Source: an uncultured Candidatus Rokubacteria bacterium (GTDB lineage: Bacteria; Methylomirabilota; Methylomirabilia; Rokubacteriales; DASRDR01). From it: a stretch of DNA of 64,000 bases. Location of the stretch: NCBI GenBank assembly GCA_963805625.1, contig CAWDVE010000010.1, forward strand, positions 1,632,001-1,696,000. Reading direction: 5' to 3'. Positions within the stretch are counted from its first letter, which is position 1. Each line of letters opens with the position of its first letter. The notes under the pieces were generated by a model, which worked only from the letters and a program-made list of their open reading frames with translations, was not told where the DNA came from and did not search any database. Positions 51,828-61,032 of the stretch are shown in pieces. The translations under genes and the position numbers were made by a program.

Positions 51828-51883
51828 TCCTCTTGACCTCACGTTGCGCTCGATGATATACGAGATGCAACGTACGATGCAAG
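51821..51883. promoter_or_regulatory. Divergent chrA/chrB control region with a dyad (candidate ChrB operator)
   Basis: ACGTTGCgCTCG-8nt-CGAGatGCAACGT flanked by further TTGCAT/ATGCAA half-sites. Confidence 0.5.
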
Positions 51884-51896
51884 AGGAGAAGCGTCT

Positions 51897-52841
51897 GTGA
51901 CAACCTGGCTGATGCTCATCGTGGCCCTGCCGACCCATCCCTCCAGCCTGCGTGTCCGGGCCTGGCGGAAGCTCCGGGCCCTGGGGGCGGTGGCCCTCAA
52001 GAACTCGGTCTGGGTGCTGCCGTTCAGCCCGGAGCGGCTCGAGCGGCTCCAGTGGCTCACGCAGGAGATCCAGAAGGATCGGGGGGAGGCCACGCTGGTC
52101 CGGGTCGACCGGCTCGAGAACCTGCCCGAGGCCGATGTAGTCCGGCTGTTCCACCAGGCCCGGGAGGCCGACTACCGGGCGCTGGCCACGCGCTACCGCA
52201 CGAGCCTGCGAGGGCTCGGCCGCCGGGCGCGGGGCGTGGCCGCGGGCCGGGCCGCCGACGAGCTGACGCGCCTCGGGCGGGAGCTCGACCGGGTGCGCGA
52301 GCTGGACTTCTTCGAGGCGCCTGGCTACCAGGAGGTGGACCGGCTGCGCGCCACGGCGGACATGCACCTCAGACTCCCGGCCCCTGAGCCGGCCGCCGCC
52401 CCGCTCCCGGACCTTCGCGGCCGCCTGTGGGCCACCCGGCCGCGCCCCCACATCGACCGCCTGGCCTCGGCGTGGCTCATCCGCCGATTCATCGATGCGG
52501 ACGCGCGGTTCCTGTTCGCGCCGCCGGCCGAGTTCCCGGCGGAGGCCGTGCCCTTCGACGTCATGGGGGCGGAGTTCGGCCACCAGGGAGAGGACGTCAC
52601 CTTCGAGACGCTGCTCAAGCGCGGCGGCCTTGACACGTCGCCCCTTCGGACCCTGGCCGAGATCGTTCACGAGGCGGACCTGCGGGACGGCCGGTACGAT
52701 CGGCCCGAGACCGACGGCATCGACCTGGCGGTGCGGGGGCTGGCTGCCGCCATCAAGGACGATCAGGAGCTGCTCGCACAGGCGCTTGCGCTCTTCGACG
52801 GCGTCTACAGCGTGCTGGAGGCGCGGGCGGCCCGCCAGTGA
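51897..52841 (+). CDS. chrB: Chromate-responsive regulator ChrB
   Basis: RVRAWRKLRALGA N-domain; WATRPRPHIDRLASAWLIRRFID..FD..H....TFE C-domain. Confidence 0.92.
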   Translation: MTTWLMLIVALPTHPSSLRVRAWRKLRALGAVALKNSVWVLPFSPERLERLQWLTQEIQKDRGEATLVRVDRLENLPEADVVRLFHQAREADYRALATRYRTSLRGLGRRARGVAAGRAADELTRLGRELDRVRELDFFEAPGYQEVDRLRATADMHLRLPAPEPAAAPLPDLRGRLWATRPRPHIDRLASAWLIRRFIDADARFLFAPPAEFPAEAVPFDVMGAEFGHQGEDVTFETLLKRGGLDTSPLRTLAEIVHEADLRDGRYDRPETDGIDLAVRGLAAAIKDDQELLAQALALFDGVYSVLEARAARQ

Positions 52842-53392
52842 CGATGCGCGACATGACAGGGAGACGGAGGACCCCGATCATGCACCAGGAGATCACCCCG
52901 ATACCGGTGAGACCGTGGACGCTGAACGGGCTTTCCGAGCGACTCATCGTCAGCCACTACGAGAACAACTTCGGCGCCGCCGTGCAGGCCCTGAACGCCG
53001 TTCGCGCGGAGCTCGCGGCGCTCGATGCGGGAGCGCCGGGCTACCGGCTCCGCGCCTTGAAGCATGAAGAGCTGACGGCGATGGGCTCCGTGGCGTTGCA
53101 CGAGCTGTACTTCGGGAATCTGGGCGGCGAGGGCAACAAGGTTCCGGCCCAGGTCGGAGGCATCCTCGAGGAGCATTTCGGGAGCGTCAAGGCGTGGCGG
53201 CAGGAGTTCGTGGGGACCGCGCGATCGTTCGCCGGCGGCTCCGGTTGGGTCCTGCTCACCTATTCACGACGGCACAAGCGCCTGTGGAACCAGATCGCTT
53301 CCGATCATTCGCAGGCGGCCGTCGACGCCGCCCCGGTCCTGGCCCTCGACATGTACGAGCACGCGTACCACGCTGCCTCGGAATGCCGATGA
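52838..53392 (+). CDS. ChrC-like Fe/Mn superoxide dismutase, apparently 3'-truncated
   Basis: SHYENN, LHELYF, GSGW, LDMYEHAYH, then unrelated AASECR*. Confidence 0.75.
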   Translation: MTMRDMTGRRRTPIMHQEITPIPVRPWTLNGLSERLIVSHYENNFGAAVQALNAVRAELAALDAGAPGYRLRALKHEELTAMGSVALHELYFGNLGGEGNKVPAQVGGILEEHFGSVKAWRQEFVGTARSFAGGSGWVLLTYSRRHKRLWNQIASDHSQAAVDAAPVLALDMYEHAYHAASECR

Positions 53393-54381
53393 CCGACACA
53401 CTGATCCTCTGCCGCTCCGACATCACCGCGCTCGTGCCCCTCGACGACTGCATCGCTGCGATGGAGGATGCGTGGCGAAGGGAGAAGGACGGCACGACGA
53501 TGCCCTCCGGGGTGCTGGGAATCCACGTGCCGTCCGGAGGATTCCACGTCAAGACGGCGTGTCTCGATCGCGACCGCCGCTACTTTGCCGCCAAGCTGAA
53601 CGCGAACTTCCCGGAGAACCGGGCGCGGCACGGGTTGCCGACGATCCAGGGGGTGGTGGGCCTGTTCGACGGCGACGACGGTCGGCTCCTGGCCCTCCTC
53701 GACTCGATGGAGATCACGCGGCTGCGTACGGGAGCCACGACCGCGGTGGCGGCGAAGCACCTGAGCCGTCCCGACGCGTCCAGGGTGGCGCTGTTCGGCT
53801 GTGGCGCACAGGGGCACGTTCAGCTCCAGGCGCTGAGCCGGGTTCGGCCCCTCCGACACGTCGTCGCCTACGATCGCGACCGCCCTGCCGCCGAGCGCCT
53901 CGCCCGCGCCCTGGGACCGGAGCTCGGCCTGGACATCGAGGTGGCGGGGGACGAGATCTTCGACATGGTCCGGACGAGCGACATCGTGGTCACGTGCACG
54001 CCGGCCCGCTCGCCCTTCCTCCGGGCCGAGCACGTGGGCGCGGGGGCGTTCGTCGCGGCGATCGGCGCCGATAGCCCGGACAAGCAGGAGCTGGACGTCG
54101 CACTCCTGGCCGCTGGCCGCGTCGTGGCCGATGCGCTGGAGCAGTGCGCAACCATCGGAGAGCTCCACCACGCGATCGACGCGGGCGTGATGACCCGCGC
54201 GGACGTCCGGGCCGAGCTGGCCGACGTGGTCGCCGGGCGGGCTATCGACCGCGTGGCTTCCGAGCAGATCACGATCTTCGACAGCACGGGGACGGGTCTG
54301 CAGGACGTGGCTGCGGCGGCCCTGGCCTTCGAGCGGGCGGTCGCGGCTGGATGGGGCTATCGGGTGCGGTTCGGGGACTGA
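53389..54381 (+). CDS. Ornithine cyclodeaminase / mu-crystallin family protein
   Basis: GLPTIQG, ITRLRTGA, GCGAQG, IGAD, FDSTGTGLQD. Confidence 0.9.
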   Translation: MTDTLILCRSDITALVPLDDCIAAMEDAWRREKDGTTMPSGVLGIHVPSGGFHVKTACLDRDRRYFAAKLNANFPENRARHGLPTIQGVVGLFDGDDGRLLALLDSMEITRLRTGATTAVAAKHLSRPDASRVALFGCGAQGHVQLQALSRVRPLRHVVAYDRDRPAAERLARALGPELGLDIEVAGDEIFDMVRTSDIVVTCTPARSPFLRAEHVGAGAFVAAIGADSPDKQELDVALLAAGRVVADALEQCATIGELHHAIDAGVMTRADVRAELADVVAGRAIDRVASEQITIFDSTGTGLQDVAAAALAFERAVAAGWGYRVRFGD

Positions 54382-54413
54382 GGCGAACACGATGGACCTG
54401 AGGAGGATGACGC

Positions 54414-54854
54414 ATGCAATGGATCACACGTGAGCGCGCGCGGGTAGACCGCATCGCCTGCCCCTGGCTGATCTCGCGCTTCATCGACCGGGAGCCCCGG
54501 TTCCTGTTCGTGCCGCCGGGCGACGTGATGAGGCTGGCCGAGCGCGAGGGAGCCCTTCCCTTCGACGTGCCCGGCGTCGAACTGGGTCATCACGGGGATC
54601 GGTGCTCGTTCGATGCCTTTCTCGACAGGTACGCCCTGACGGATCCCGCGCTTCTGGCCCTCGCCCGGATCGTCCGAGGCGCGGACACGGAGCAGCGGGC
54701 TCTCACGCCGGAGTCGGCCGGACTCTACGCGGTGGCGACCGGATTCCAGGCGGTCAGCCGGGACGATTTCGAGAACATGGCTCGGCAGTTCCCCGTCTAC
54801 GACGCCCTGTACGCGTTCTGCCAGCGGCAGGTCTCCGGGGAACATCCCCGTTGA
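54414..54854 (+). CDS. Stand-alone ChrB C-terminal domain protein (ChrF-like)
   Basis: WITRERARVDRIACPWLISRFID..HHGDRCSFD. Confidence 0.88.
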   Translation: MQWITRERARVDRIACPWLISRFIDREPRFLFVPPGDVMRLAEREGALPFDVPGVELGHHGDRCSFDAFLDRYALTDPALLALARIVRGADTEQRALTPESAGLYAVATGFQAVSRDDFENMARQFPVYDALYAFCQRQVSGEHPR

Positions 54855-54879
54855 CGGCCCTCGCGCGCCGCCGTACTTT
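54851..54879 (+). promoter_or_regulatory. Sigma70 promoter giving a leaderless transcript
   Basis: TTGACG-17nt-TACTTT-6nt-ATG. Confidence 0.65.
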
Positions 54880-54885
54880 AACGTC

Positions 54886-56001
54886 ATGTATTTCAAGCAG
54901 ATCCTGAACGAGGACTGTGGCTGTTCGTCCTACATCGTGGCCTCGCGCGCGTCCCGCGAGTGCGCAATCGTGGACCCAGGGCTGGACGTCCAGCCGTATC
55001 TCGACGTCATGAAGGACCGCGGCTTGACGCTGCGCTACATCATCGACACGCATCTGCACGCCGATCACGTCTCCGGCAGCCGACGCCTCTCGGGTGAGAC
55101 CGGCGTGCCGGTCTCGTTGCACGAGTCCGCCGACGTTCTCTTCCCCTTCGAGCGACTACGCGACGGCCAGAAGCTCGAGCTTGGCCCGGTGGTTCTGGAG
55201 GTGATGCACACCCCTGGCCACCGCCCGGAGTCCGTGTCGCTGCTGGTTACGAACCCCCCGCGGAGCCCGCGGCCGTCGATGGTGCTGACGGGCGACTGCC
55301 TGTTCGTGGGCGACGTCGGCCGGCCGGATTTCGGCGGGCCGGACGCGGCCGGACAGCAGTACGAGAGCAGCCGCCGACTGCTCGGTCTCGAGGACTACGT
55401 GGAGGTGTTCCCTGCCCACTTCGAGGGCTCGTGCGGGCGCGGCATGTGTGGCCGGCCGAGCTCGACCATCGGATTCGAGCGGCGCTTCAACCCGATGCTC
55501 CAGCTACCCACGAAGGACGCCTTCATCCGGGAGCTCGTCTCGTCGCGGCCTCCGAGGCCACTGAACATGGATGCCATCATCGCCACCAACCGTGGCGCGG
55601 CGCCGATGAGCTGGGCGATGCTCCGCCATCCGCTTCCGCACGTGCAGGACGTGACGATCGAGCAAGCACGGCCGAAGATGGACCGCGGCGAGTGGTGGGT
55701 GCTCGACGTGCGCGAGGACGAAGAATGGGAGCGCGTCCACATCCCCGGCGCGCACCACATCCCACAGTCGCAGCTGGCCTCGCGCCTGTCGGAGATTCCC
55801 AGCAGCTGCGTGCCGCTGGTGGTCTGCCACAGCGGCATGCGCTCGCACCGGGCAGCCCAGTTCCTCAAGCAGGCAGACTTCCCTCTGGTCTACAGCCTGG
55901 CCGGCGGCACCGCCGGGTGGCACGAGGCGGGCCTACCGGTGGTCACCGGCGACACAGCGCAAACGAGCGTCCGGCTGACGGAGATAGTCGGTCCGCACTG
56001 A
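54886..56001 (+). CDS. MBL-fold persulfide-dioxygenase-like protein fused to a rhodanese domain
   Basis: THLHADH, HTPGH, GDCLFVGDVGRPD; LDVRE..HIPGA, CHSGMRS, LAGG. Confidence 0.9.
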   Translation: MYFKQILNEDCGCSSYIVASRASRECAIVDPGLDVQPYLDVMKDRGLTLRYIIDTHLHADHVSGSRRLSGETGVPVSLHESADVLFPFERLRDGQKLELGPVVLEVMHTPGHRPESVSLLVTNPPRSPRPSMVLTGDCLFVGDVGRPDFGGPDAAGQQYESSRRLLGLEDYVEVFPAHFEGSCGRGMCGRPSSTIGFERRFNPMLQLPTKDAFIRELVSSRPPRPLNMDAIIATNRGAAPMSWAMLRHPLPHVQDVTIEQARPKMDRGEWWVLDVREDEEWERVHIPGAHHIPQSQLASRLSEIPSSCVPLVVCHSGMRSHRAAQFLKQADFPLVYSLAGGTAGWHEAGLPVVTGDTAQTSVRLTEIVGPH

Positions 56002-56167
56002 CTCGTCCGACGCCTCCGCGGTCCACGCGCGTCCGGCCCTCGGTCCTAAGCGCGAGATGGAGCCTCTTCCGTGAAGAGGTGCGACCCCAGGACGGCTAGC
56101 CGTCGCCGAGCGCTAGCGAGCGCGTAGGATTCACACGCGCGGCGTGAACGCCGCCTGCCTCGCTGCC

Positions 56168-56779
56168 TCAGTGGAAGTCGTAGGATTCCAGCTCGCCGGC
56201 CTTCCGGCCATCGACGAGGACCTCCCAGCGGTTGTTGACCTGGAAATGGGTGATTCGCGGCACGCCTCGCTGGAAGCGGAGCAGATCGACGCCGTTCAAG
56301 GTCTCCATGTCGAAGCTATTGAGCAGGAGCCGGAGCGCATCGGCCGGGTTGAAGTCCTTGCACGAGAACGCGTCGAAGGCCAGGTACAGGTCCTCGTCCC
56401 AGGTGTGGATGGCGCAGTGGCTCTCCGCCCAGACGCCGATGCCCGTGACGCCCGACTCCTCCACCTGTCGCTTCTTGAGCGACTGCCGCATGACGGCGAT
56501 CGGGCTCAGGTTCAGATCGACGCCGGACGCCTCGCCCAGCTCGCTCATCTTCTTCTTGAGCTCGTTCTCGACGTCGTCACAGAACGTCTCGAGCTCGCTG
56601 TTCGCGAACGGATAGCGGCACACGATCGGAGGGATGACGAGGGTCATGTCCAGATTGCGGGCCATGGCCTCGAAGAGAGAGAAGACGGTGTCGGTCGATG
56701 TGAGGTTCCGGCGGTTGTACGTGGACGCGTCCACGATCAGATGCCGCCCAGCAAAGTCGTCAGGACGCGCAGCCATCAT
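56168..56779 (-). CDS. S-adenosylmethionine decarboxylase family pyruvoyl proenzyme with a large insertion
   Basis: GRHLIVD, GVTG..WAESHCAIHTW, DAFSC; AGGAGG RBS. Confidence 0.8.
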   Translation of the reverse strand: MMAARPDDFAGRHLIVDASTYNRRNLTSTDTVFSLFEAMARNLDMTLVIPPIVCRYPFANSELETFCDDVENELKKKMSELGEASGVDLNLSPIAVMRQSLKKRQVEESGVTGIGVWAESHCAIHTWDEDLYLAFDAFSCKDFNPADALRLLLNSFDMETLNGVDLLRFQRGVPRITHFQVNNRWEVLVDGRKAGELESYDFH

Positions 56780-57069
56780 CAGAGGCCCCCTCCTCGCGTG
56801 GTGTGCTCTCGGGCGCCTCAGAGCACCACAAGCCGGGGTTTGGCGCAAGCACCCTGCGACGCGACACGGAGCCTCGGGCCCTCGGCACGCCCGGGTCCAC
56901 CGGTGGTAGCCTGACTCGGGTGGCCCGAGGGCAGCCGAAGAGGACCCAGCGGACGGTACGGTAAGGGATCCTCAGACGGCGCGACTCCAACGCGCCGCCG
57001 TCTCGTCGTCAGGATCGGCGGGCGATCTGCCACGGCTCAGGGCGCGGGTCGAGCCGCCACTCGCGCGAG

Positions 57070-57546
57070 CTACGACTTGTGCCCGCCCTTCCTCCGGCCC
57101 TGCTTCATCTCGTGCCGTGTGACCGCCTCGTCGACCGAATGAGACTGCATCAGGTTGACGTCCCGCTTGGCCATCGCCGCCAGCCGCGCGTAGTGACGGT
57201 GGAGCACATCCAGCTCCGCCTCGGAGAGATCCTCGACGTTGACCATCCGGTTGCTCGCCCCGTCGAGCGCGGCCACGATCTCGTTCAGCTTGAGCTGGAG
57301 GGCCAGCGAGTCCTTGTTCTGCGATCGCTGAATGAGGAACACCATCAGAAAGGTCACGACTGTTGTCCCAGTGTTGATCACGAGTTGCCACGTGTCGGAG
57401 TAGTGAAACACGGGACCGGTCATCCCCCACACCACGATGGTCGCGAGTGCGAGGCCGAAGCCCCGCGCGCTTCCGGCGAATCGCGTGATCGTCCGCGCCA
57501 TGGCTTCCAAACGTCGTCCGAGACCACTGGCTCCCGTTCCCGTCAT
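57070..57546 (-). CDS. Low-affinity iron permease (Fet4-like) family protein
   Basis: YSDTWQLVINTGTTVVTFLMVFLIQRSQNKD..QLKLNE. Confidence 0.92.
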   Translation of the reverse strand: MTGTGASGLGRRLEAMARTITRFAGSARGFGLALATIVVWGMTGPVFHYSDTWQLVINTGTTVVTFLMVFLIQRSQNKDSLALQLKLNEIVAALDGASNRMVNVEDLSEAELDVLHRHYARLAAMAKRDVNLMQSHSVDEAVTRHEMKQGRRKGGHKS

Positions 57547-57663
57547 CGCCCGTACCTCCACCGGCGAGGCTAGCACGGCGGCTGGACCATCGCGCGGCGG
57601 CGGGCATTCCAGCGCAGCGAAACTCAGCGGGGACGTGGGGCCGCGTGCTCCTGACGGTCCGCG

Positions 57664-58164
57664 GTGCGCTACACTCGCCCCGGATCCCGAGATGTGGACC
57701 CATTCCCGCATCGGGTCATCGCTGGAGGATCTCCGCTCCGGCGCTCGACTGCTCTCACTTCCCTGCTCCCGACGCTCCTGCTCTTTCTCAACGTGGCTCT
57801 CGGCGACCAGGCGAGCGTCGTCTGCCGCGCGTGCGGCTGCCCGCTCGAGGAGCTGGGCTGGACGACGCACCTCGCGTCCGTCCGCGGCTACAAGAAGCTC
57901 ACCGCCGGCGGCATGACATTCTTGGACACCGACCTCATCCGCGTGCTCGAGGAGGTGCTGCCCGCTCGCTTCGGGGAGGGCCGACCGACTACCAGGTCGG
58001 AGGAGGAGGACGGGAATGGTCGGAGCCGACTGCGGCTCCTGGTGCATCCGGCCGTCGGCCCCGTCGAGCCCGCGACCGTCATAGACGTCTTCCTCTCGGC
58101 CATCGGCAGCGGTTCCGGTGCCGAGCAGGTGATGGCGCTCCAGTGGCGACCGCGGGACTCCTGA
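57664..58164 (+). CDS. Hypothetical protein with a CxxC motif
   Basis: Open frame with plausible composition (CRACGC); no recognised family. Confidence 0.35.
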   Translation: MRYTRPGSRDVDPFPHRVIAGGSPLRRSTALTSLLPTLLLFLNVALGDQASVVCRACGCPLEELGWTTHLASVRGYKKLTAGGMTFLDTDLIRVLEEVLPARFGEGRPTTRSEEEDGNGRSRLRLLVHPAVGPVEPATVIDVFLSAIGSGSGAEQVMALQWRPRDS

Positions 58165-58387
58165 CCGTGGAGCGCGAGGTGCCGCTGGCCATGCCGTCAG
58201 GCAAAGTACTGCACGTCCACCAGGCGCGTCGAGGCTGATGCCTCAGGCCGCGGGCGTCGGCGATCGCCGACTACCAGACGATGCGCTCCTCGCGTACATG
58301 GCCGCCCGCGTGCGCAGGTCCTGGCGCCGAACCGATGCGAGGTCAGGCAGTGCTCCGGCCGCGTCGGACTGGAGGTCTATCGGAGCG

Positions 58388-58560
58388 TCACGAGGCGCTC
58401 TCCGCCCGGGGCTCGGTCGCCGCGGCGGCGGCGCCCGCCGCGGCCGGTCCCGTCGTTCCCGGCGGCACGAAGACCGTGACCTGCCGGTGGGCGAAGTGGA
58501 TGCCCGCCTCGTCGAACGCCTGCTTGATCCGCTGGTAGGCCTCGCGGAGGATCGTCGCGC
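58388..58560 (-). pseudogene. C-terminal remnant of an MscS-family mechanosensitive channel
   Basis: ILREAYQRIKQAFDEAGIHFAHRQVTV matches the MscS terminus; TM region absent. Confidence 0.65.
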
Positions 58561-58789
58561 CGCCCGCCAAGATCCGGGCCCCCGGGCGATCCGACCCGGC
58601 CATCCCCCACAATCACGCTGGGCTTGCCCGCGAGCCGGAGTGGTCTGGGGAGAGAGGCGGCCCGGGCCTTGCACCTGGGGGGTGGTCCCTATTTGACCTG
58701 GTACCCGCGCCCCTCCAGGCACACGCCATAGGCCTTGTCGTACTGTGCCCGCGCCGCCTGCTGCTGGGCCCGCGAGTCGGGCTAGCTGC

Positions 58790-60139
58790 TCATTCGAGCA
58801 GCAGCTCGCACACGTCGAGCCACGCCTGGGTGGTGAGGGCCAGGGACTCGACGTCGACGCGCTCGTCGTTGCCATGGAAGCGCGGGGCCATGGCCTCGGC
58901 TGTCAACGTCCGAGAGCACAGCCCGAAGCCGTACGCGACCGTGCCGCGCGCCCGGAAATAGGGCGCGTCGGTGAATCCGACGATCAGGCGGGGGAGAAGC
59001 CGCGCGCCCGGGTAGTGTCGGTCGACGACCCGGCCGAGCACGTCCCAGAGCGGCGTGCCGGTGGGCGACATCGAGGCAGGCTTGGAGAAGAGCGGCTCGA
59101 CCTCGACCTCGTCCGAGAGGTCGGCGAGGGCCTTGTCGAGATGCCGGCGAACCTCGTCATCGCTGTCCCCCGGGACCGTGCGGATGTCGACCTCGACGTC
59201 GACGACGTCCGGAATCACGTTGGTCTTCACGCCTCCCCGGCACTGGTTCGGCGAGAAGGTGGTATGCGTGGACGACCACGCCAACCGGGCCATACCAGGC
59301 GAGAGCCTGGCGATCGCGTCGTCCACCCGCACCGGGTCGATCAGGGCAGCCTTGAGGGCCGGGTCGAGGCTGAGTGTCTCGACGAAGCGCTGCCACAGCT
59401 CGTCCACGTACGGCGCCGGCCGGTAGTCGGCCAGGCGCGCCACCACTTTCGCGGCCTTGACCAGCGCGTTGTCGACCCCGTACGGCATGGAGCCGTGGCC
59501 AGGAGTGCCGCGCACGCGCAGGCGACGCCAGGCCACGCCCTTCTCGCCCACGTGCACGGTGACGTTGAGGCCCTCGCCTCGTGCACCCGTGCTCACCTGA
59601 CCCCCGTTCTCGGTCAGAAGGTAGTCGGCTCGGATGGCGTCCCAGTGCCGGTCACAGACATAGCCGGCGCCGAGGGCGCCGCCCGCCTCCTCATCGGCAC
59701 AGGCCAGGTAGACCAGGGTGCCCCGCGGGCGCCAGCCCCGCTGCGCCAGCGCGCGCAGCACCACGGCCTGCGAGGCGGTGAGGTTCAGCATGTCAATAGC
59801 GCCGCGTCCCCAGACCTCGCCGCTCACCAGCTCGCCGCCGAACGGGTCACGCGTCCAGGTCTTCGGATTGACCGGCACGACATCCGTGTGGCCCATCAGG
59901 CAGAGCGTGGGCGCGGTGGGATCGCTGCCCTCGATGCGCGCGACGAGGCTCGCGCGGCCGGGCGCCCAGGCGGGCTCGTACACCTCGATATCGAGGCCGC
60001 TCCCTTCGAGAAAGCTGCGCAGGACACCAGCAGTGCGCACCTCCTGACCGGAGGCGGTGATGCCGTCGTTCACGCACTGGTTGCGGATGAGCTGCTGCAG
60101 CAGCTCCACCGTCTGCCCGGTGAGTGTGGCATCGGTCAT
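58790..60139 (-). CDS. M20/M25/M40 family metallopeptidase
   Basis: GHTDVVP, GRGAIDM, ADEEAGG, GHGS, FTDA, HGNDE. Confidence 0.93.
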   Translation of the reverse strand: MTDATLTGQTVELLQQLIRNQCVNDGITASGQEVRTAGVLRSFLEGSGLDIEVYEPAWAPGRASLVARIEGSDPTAPTLCLMGHTDVVPVNPKTWTRDPFGGELVSGEVWGRGAIDMLNLTASQAVVLRALAQRGWRPRGTLVYLACADEEAGGALGAGYVCDRHWDAIRADYLLTENGGQVSTGARGEGLNVTVHVGEKGVAWRRLRVRGTPGHGSMPYGVDNALVKAAKVVARLADYRPAPYVDELWQRFVETLSLDPALKAALIDPVRVDDAIARLSPGMARLAWSSTHTTFSPNQCRGGVKTNVIPDVVDVEVDIRTVPGDSDDEVRRHLDKALADLSDEVEVEPLFSKPASMSPTGTPLWDVLGRVVDRHYPGARLLPRLIVGFTDAPYFRARGTVAYGFGLCSRTLTAEAMAPRFHGNDERVDVESLALTTQAWLDVCELLLE

Positions 60140-60286
60140 GGCTCGATCTCCTCGAAGGCGTTCAGGGCGTAGCCGGCCGGGCGCTCCCGGCGGTCAGATC
60201 GAGGATACCCCACACCGTGGATTCCGATCAGGCACCCTTTCCGCGTGCCGACAGACTCGCGGGCGCCACAGCGGGTTCGATCACCC

Positions 60287-60829
60287 TCACGGCCGGCCGT
60301 CCTTCGCCATGACCGGGGTCGGCGCGCCGGATGCTCCGGGGCCGACGCCCAGCCCACGGCGCCCGCTGAGCAACGCCGTGATCTGCTCACGCCGGTAGTT
60401 GAAGATCGCGCCGAGCCGGCGGCGGATCACCAGCGCGTTCAGGACCGCTGCCAAGGGCCCGAGCGGCGGCTCGTAGGCCACGCGGTCATGCACCACGGTC
60501 CCGCCGTCCTCCTCCCAGAATCGGTGCGTGTGATCCCACAAGCGGTACGGGCCCACGAGCTGGACATCGCGGAACCCACGGGGCGGGTCGTACTCGCTAA
60601 TGAGAGATCGCCACCGCATGGGCCACCCCATGACACGGACGCGATAGTCGATCGTGAGGCCCGGCCCCATGACGAGGGGCGGCGAGGTCAGGATCCGGAA
60701 GCCGAGCCAGGGGGGCGTGATGCGGGGCAGGTTGATGGGCTCGGCGAAGAAAGCGAACGTCTCGCCGAGCGCGAGGGGCAGCCACTGGCGGCGTTCCAGC
60801 ACGTAAGGGCGGCTCGAAGCCACGGTCAA
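60287..60829 (-). CDS. SRPBCC family protein
   Basis: FAFF..P.NL.RITPP, F.DVQLVGPY..W.HTH.F, IFNYR. Confidence 0.88.
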   Translation of the reverse strand: MTVASSRPYVLERRQWLPLALGETFAFFAEPINLPRITPPWLGFRILTSPPLVMGPGLTIDYRVRVMGWPMRWRSLISEYDPPRGFRDVQLVGPYRLWDHTHRFWEEDGGTVVHDRVAYEPPLGPLAAVLNALVIRRRLGAIFNYRREQITALLSGRRGLGVGPGASGAPTPVMAKDGRP

Positions 60830-60918
60830 CGGTCCTCCTCATCCCAGACGGCCCCGGCGGCGACGGCGCCCCTCGCGGGCGGCCCCCACGGACCCTGCTG
60901 TGTCTCGATGTGTGGTGC

Positions 60919-61023
60919 AGTATAACAGTCAAAACGTTCATATCAAGATGGTGACCCTGACACCTGAAAAGTGTCGATCACGACCCGTATCCAGTTGCGC
61001 GAATATCGTCGATGTCCTACAGT
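60919..61023. promoter_or_regulatory. Divergent promoters with a central dyad
   Basis: Minus TTGATA-16-TATACT with upstream TG; plus TTGCGC-17-TACAGT; GACAC-N7-GTGTC at 60959-60975. Confidence 0.6.
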
Positions 61024-61032
61024 CCGTCATGT

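Noticed and set aside
56798-56829. Hairpin upstream of the AdoMetDC-like RBS as a SAM or polyamine riboswitch
   Set aside because: A single stem with no recognisable riboswitch consensus
60273-60286. GGGTTCGATCACCC resembling a tRNA T-arm
   Set aside because: No acceptor stem, D-arm or anticodon arm can be built around it
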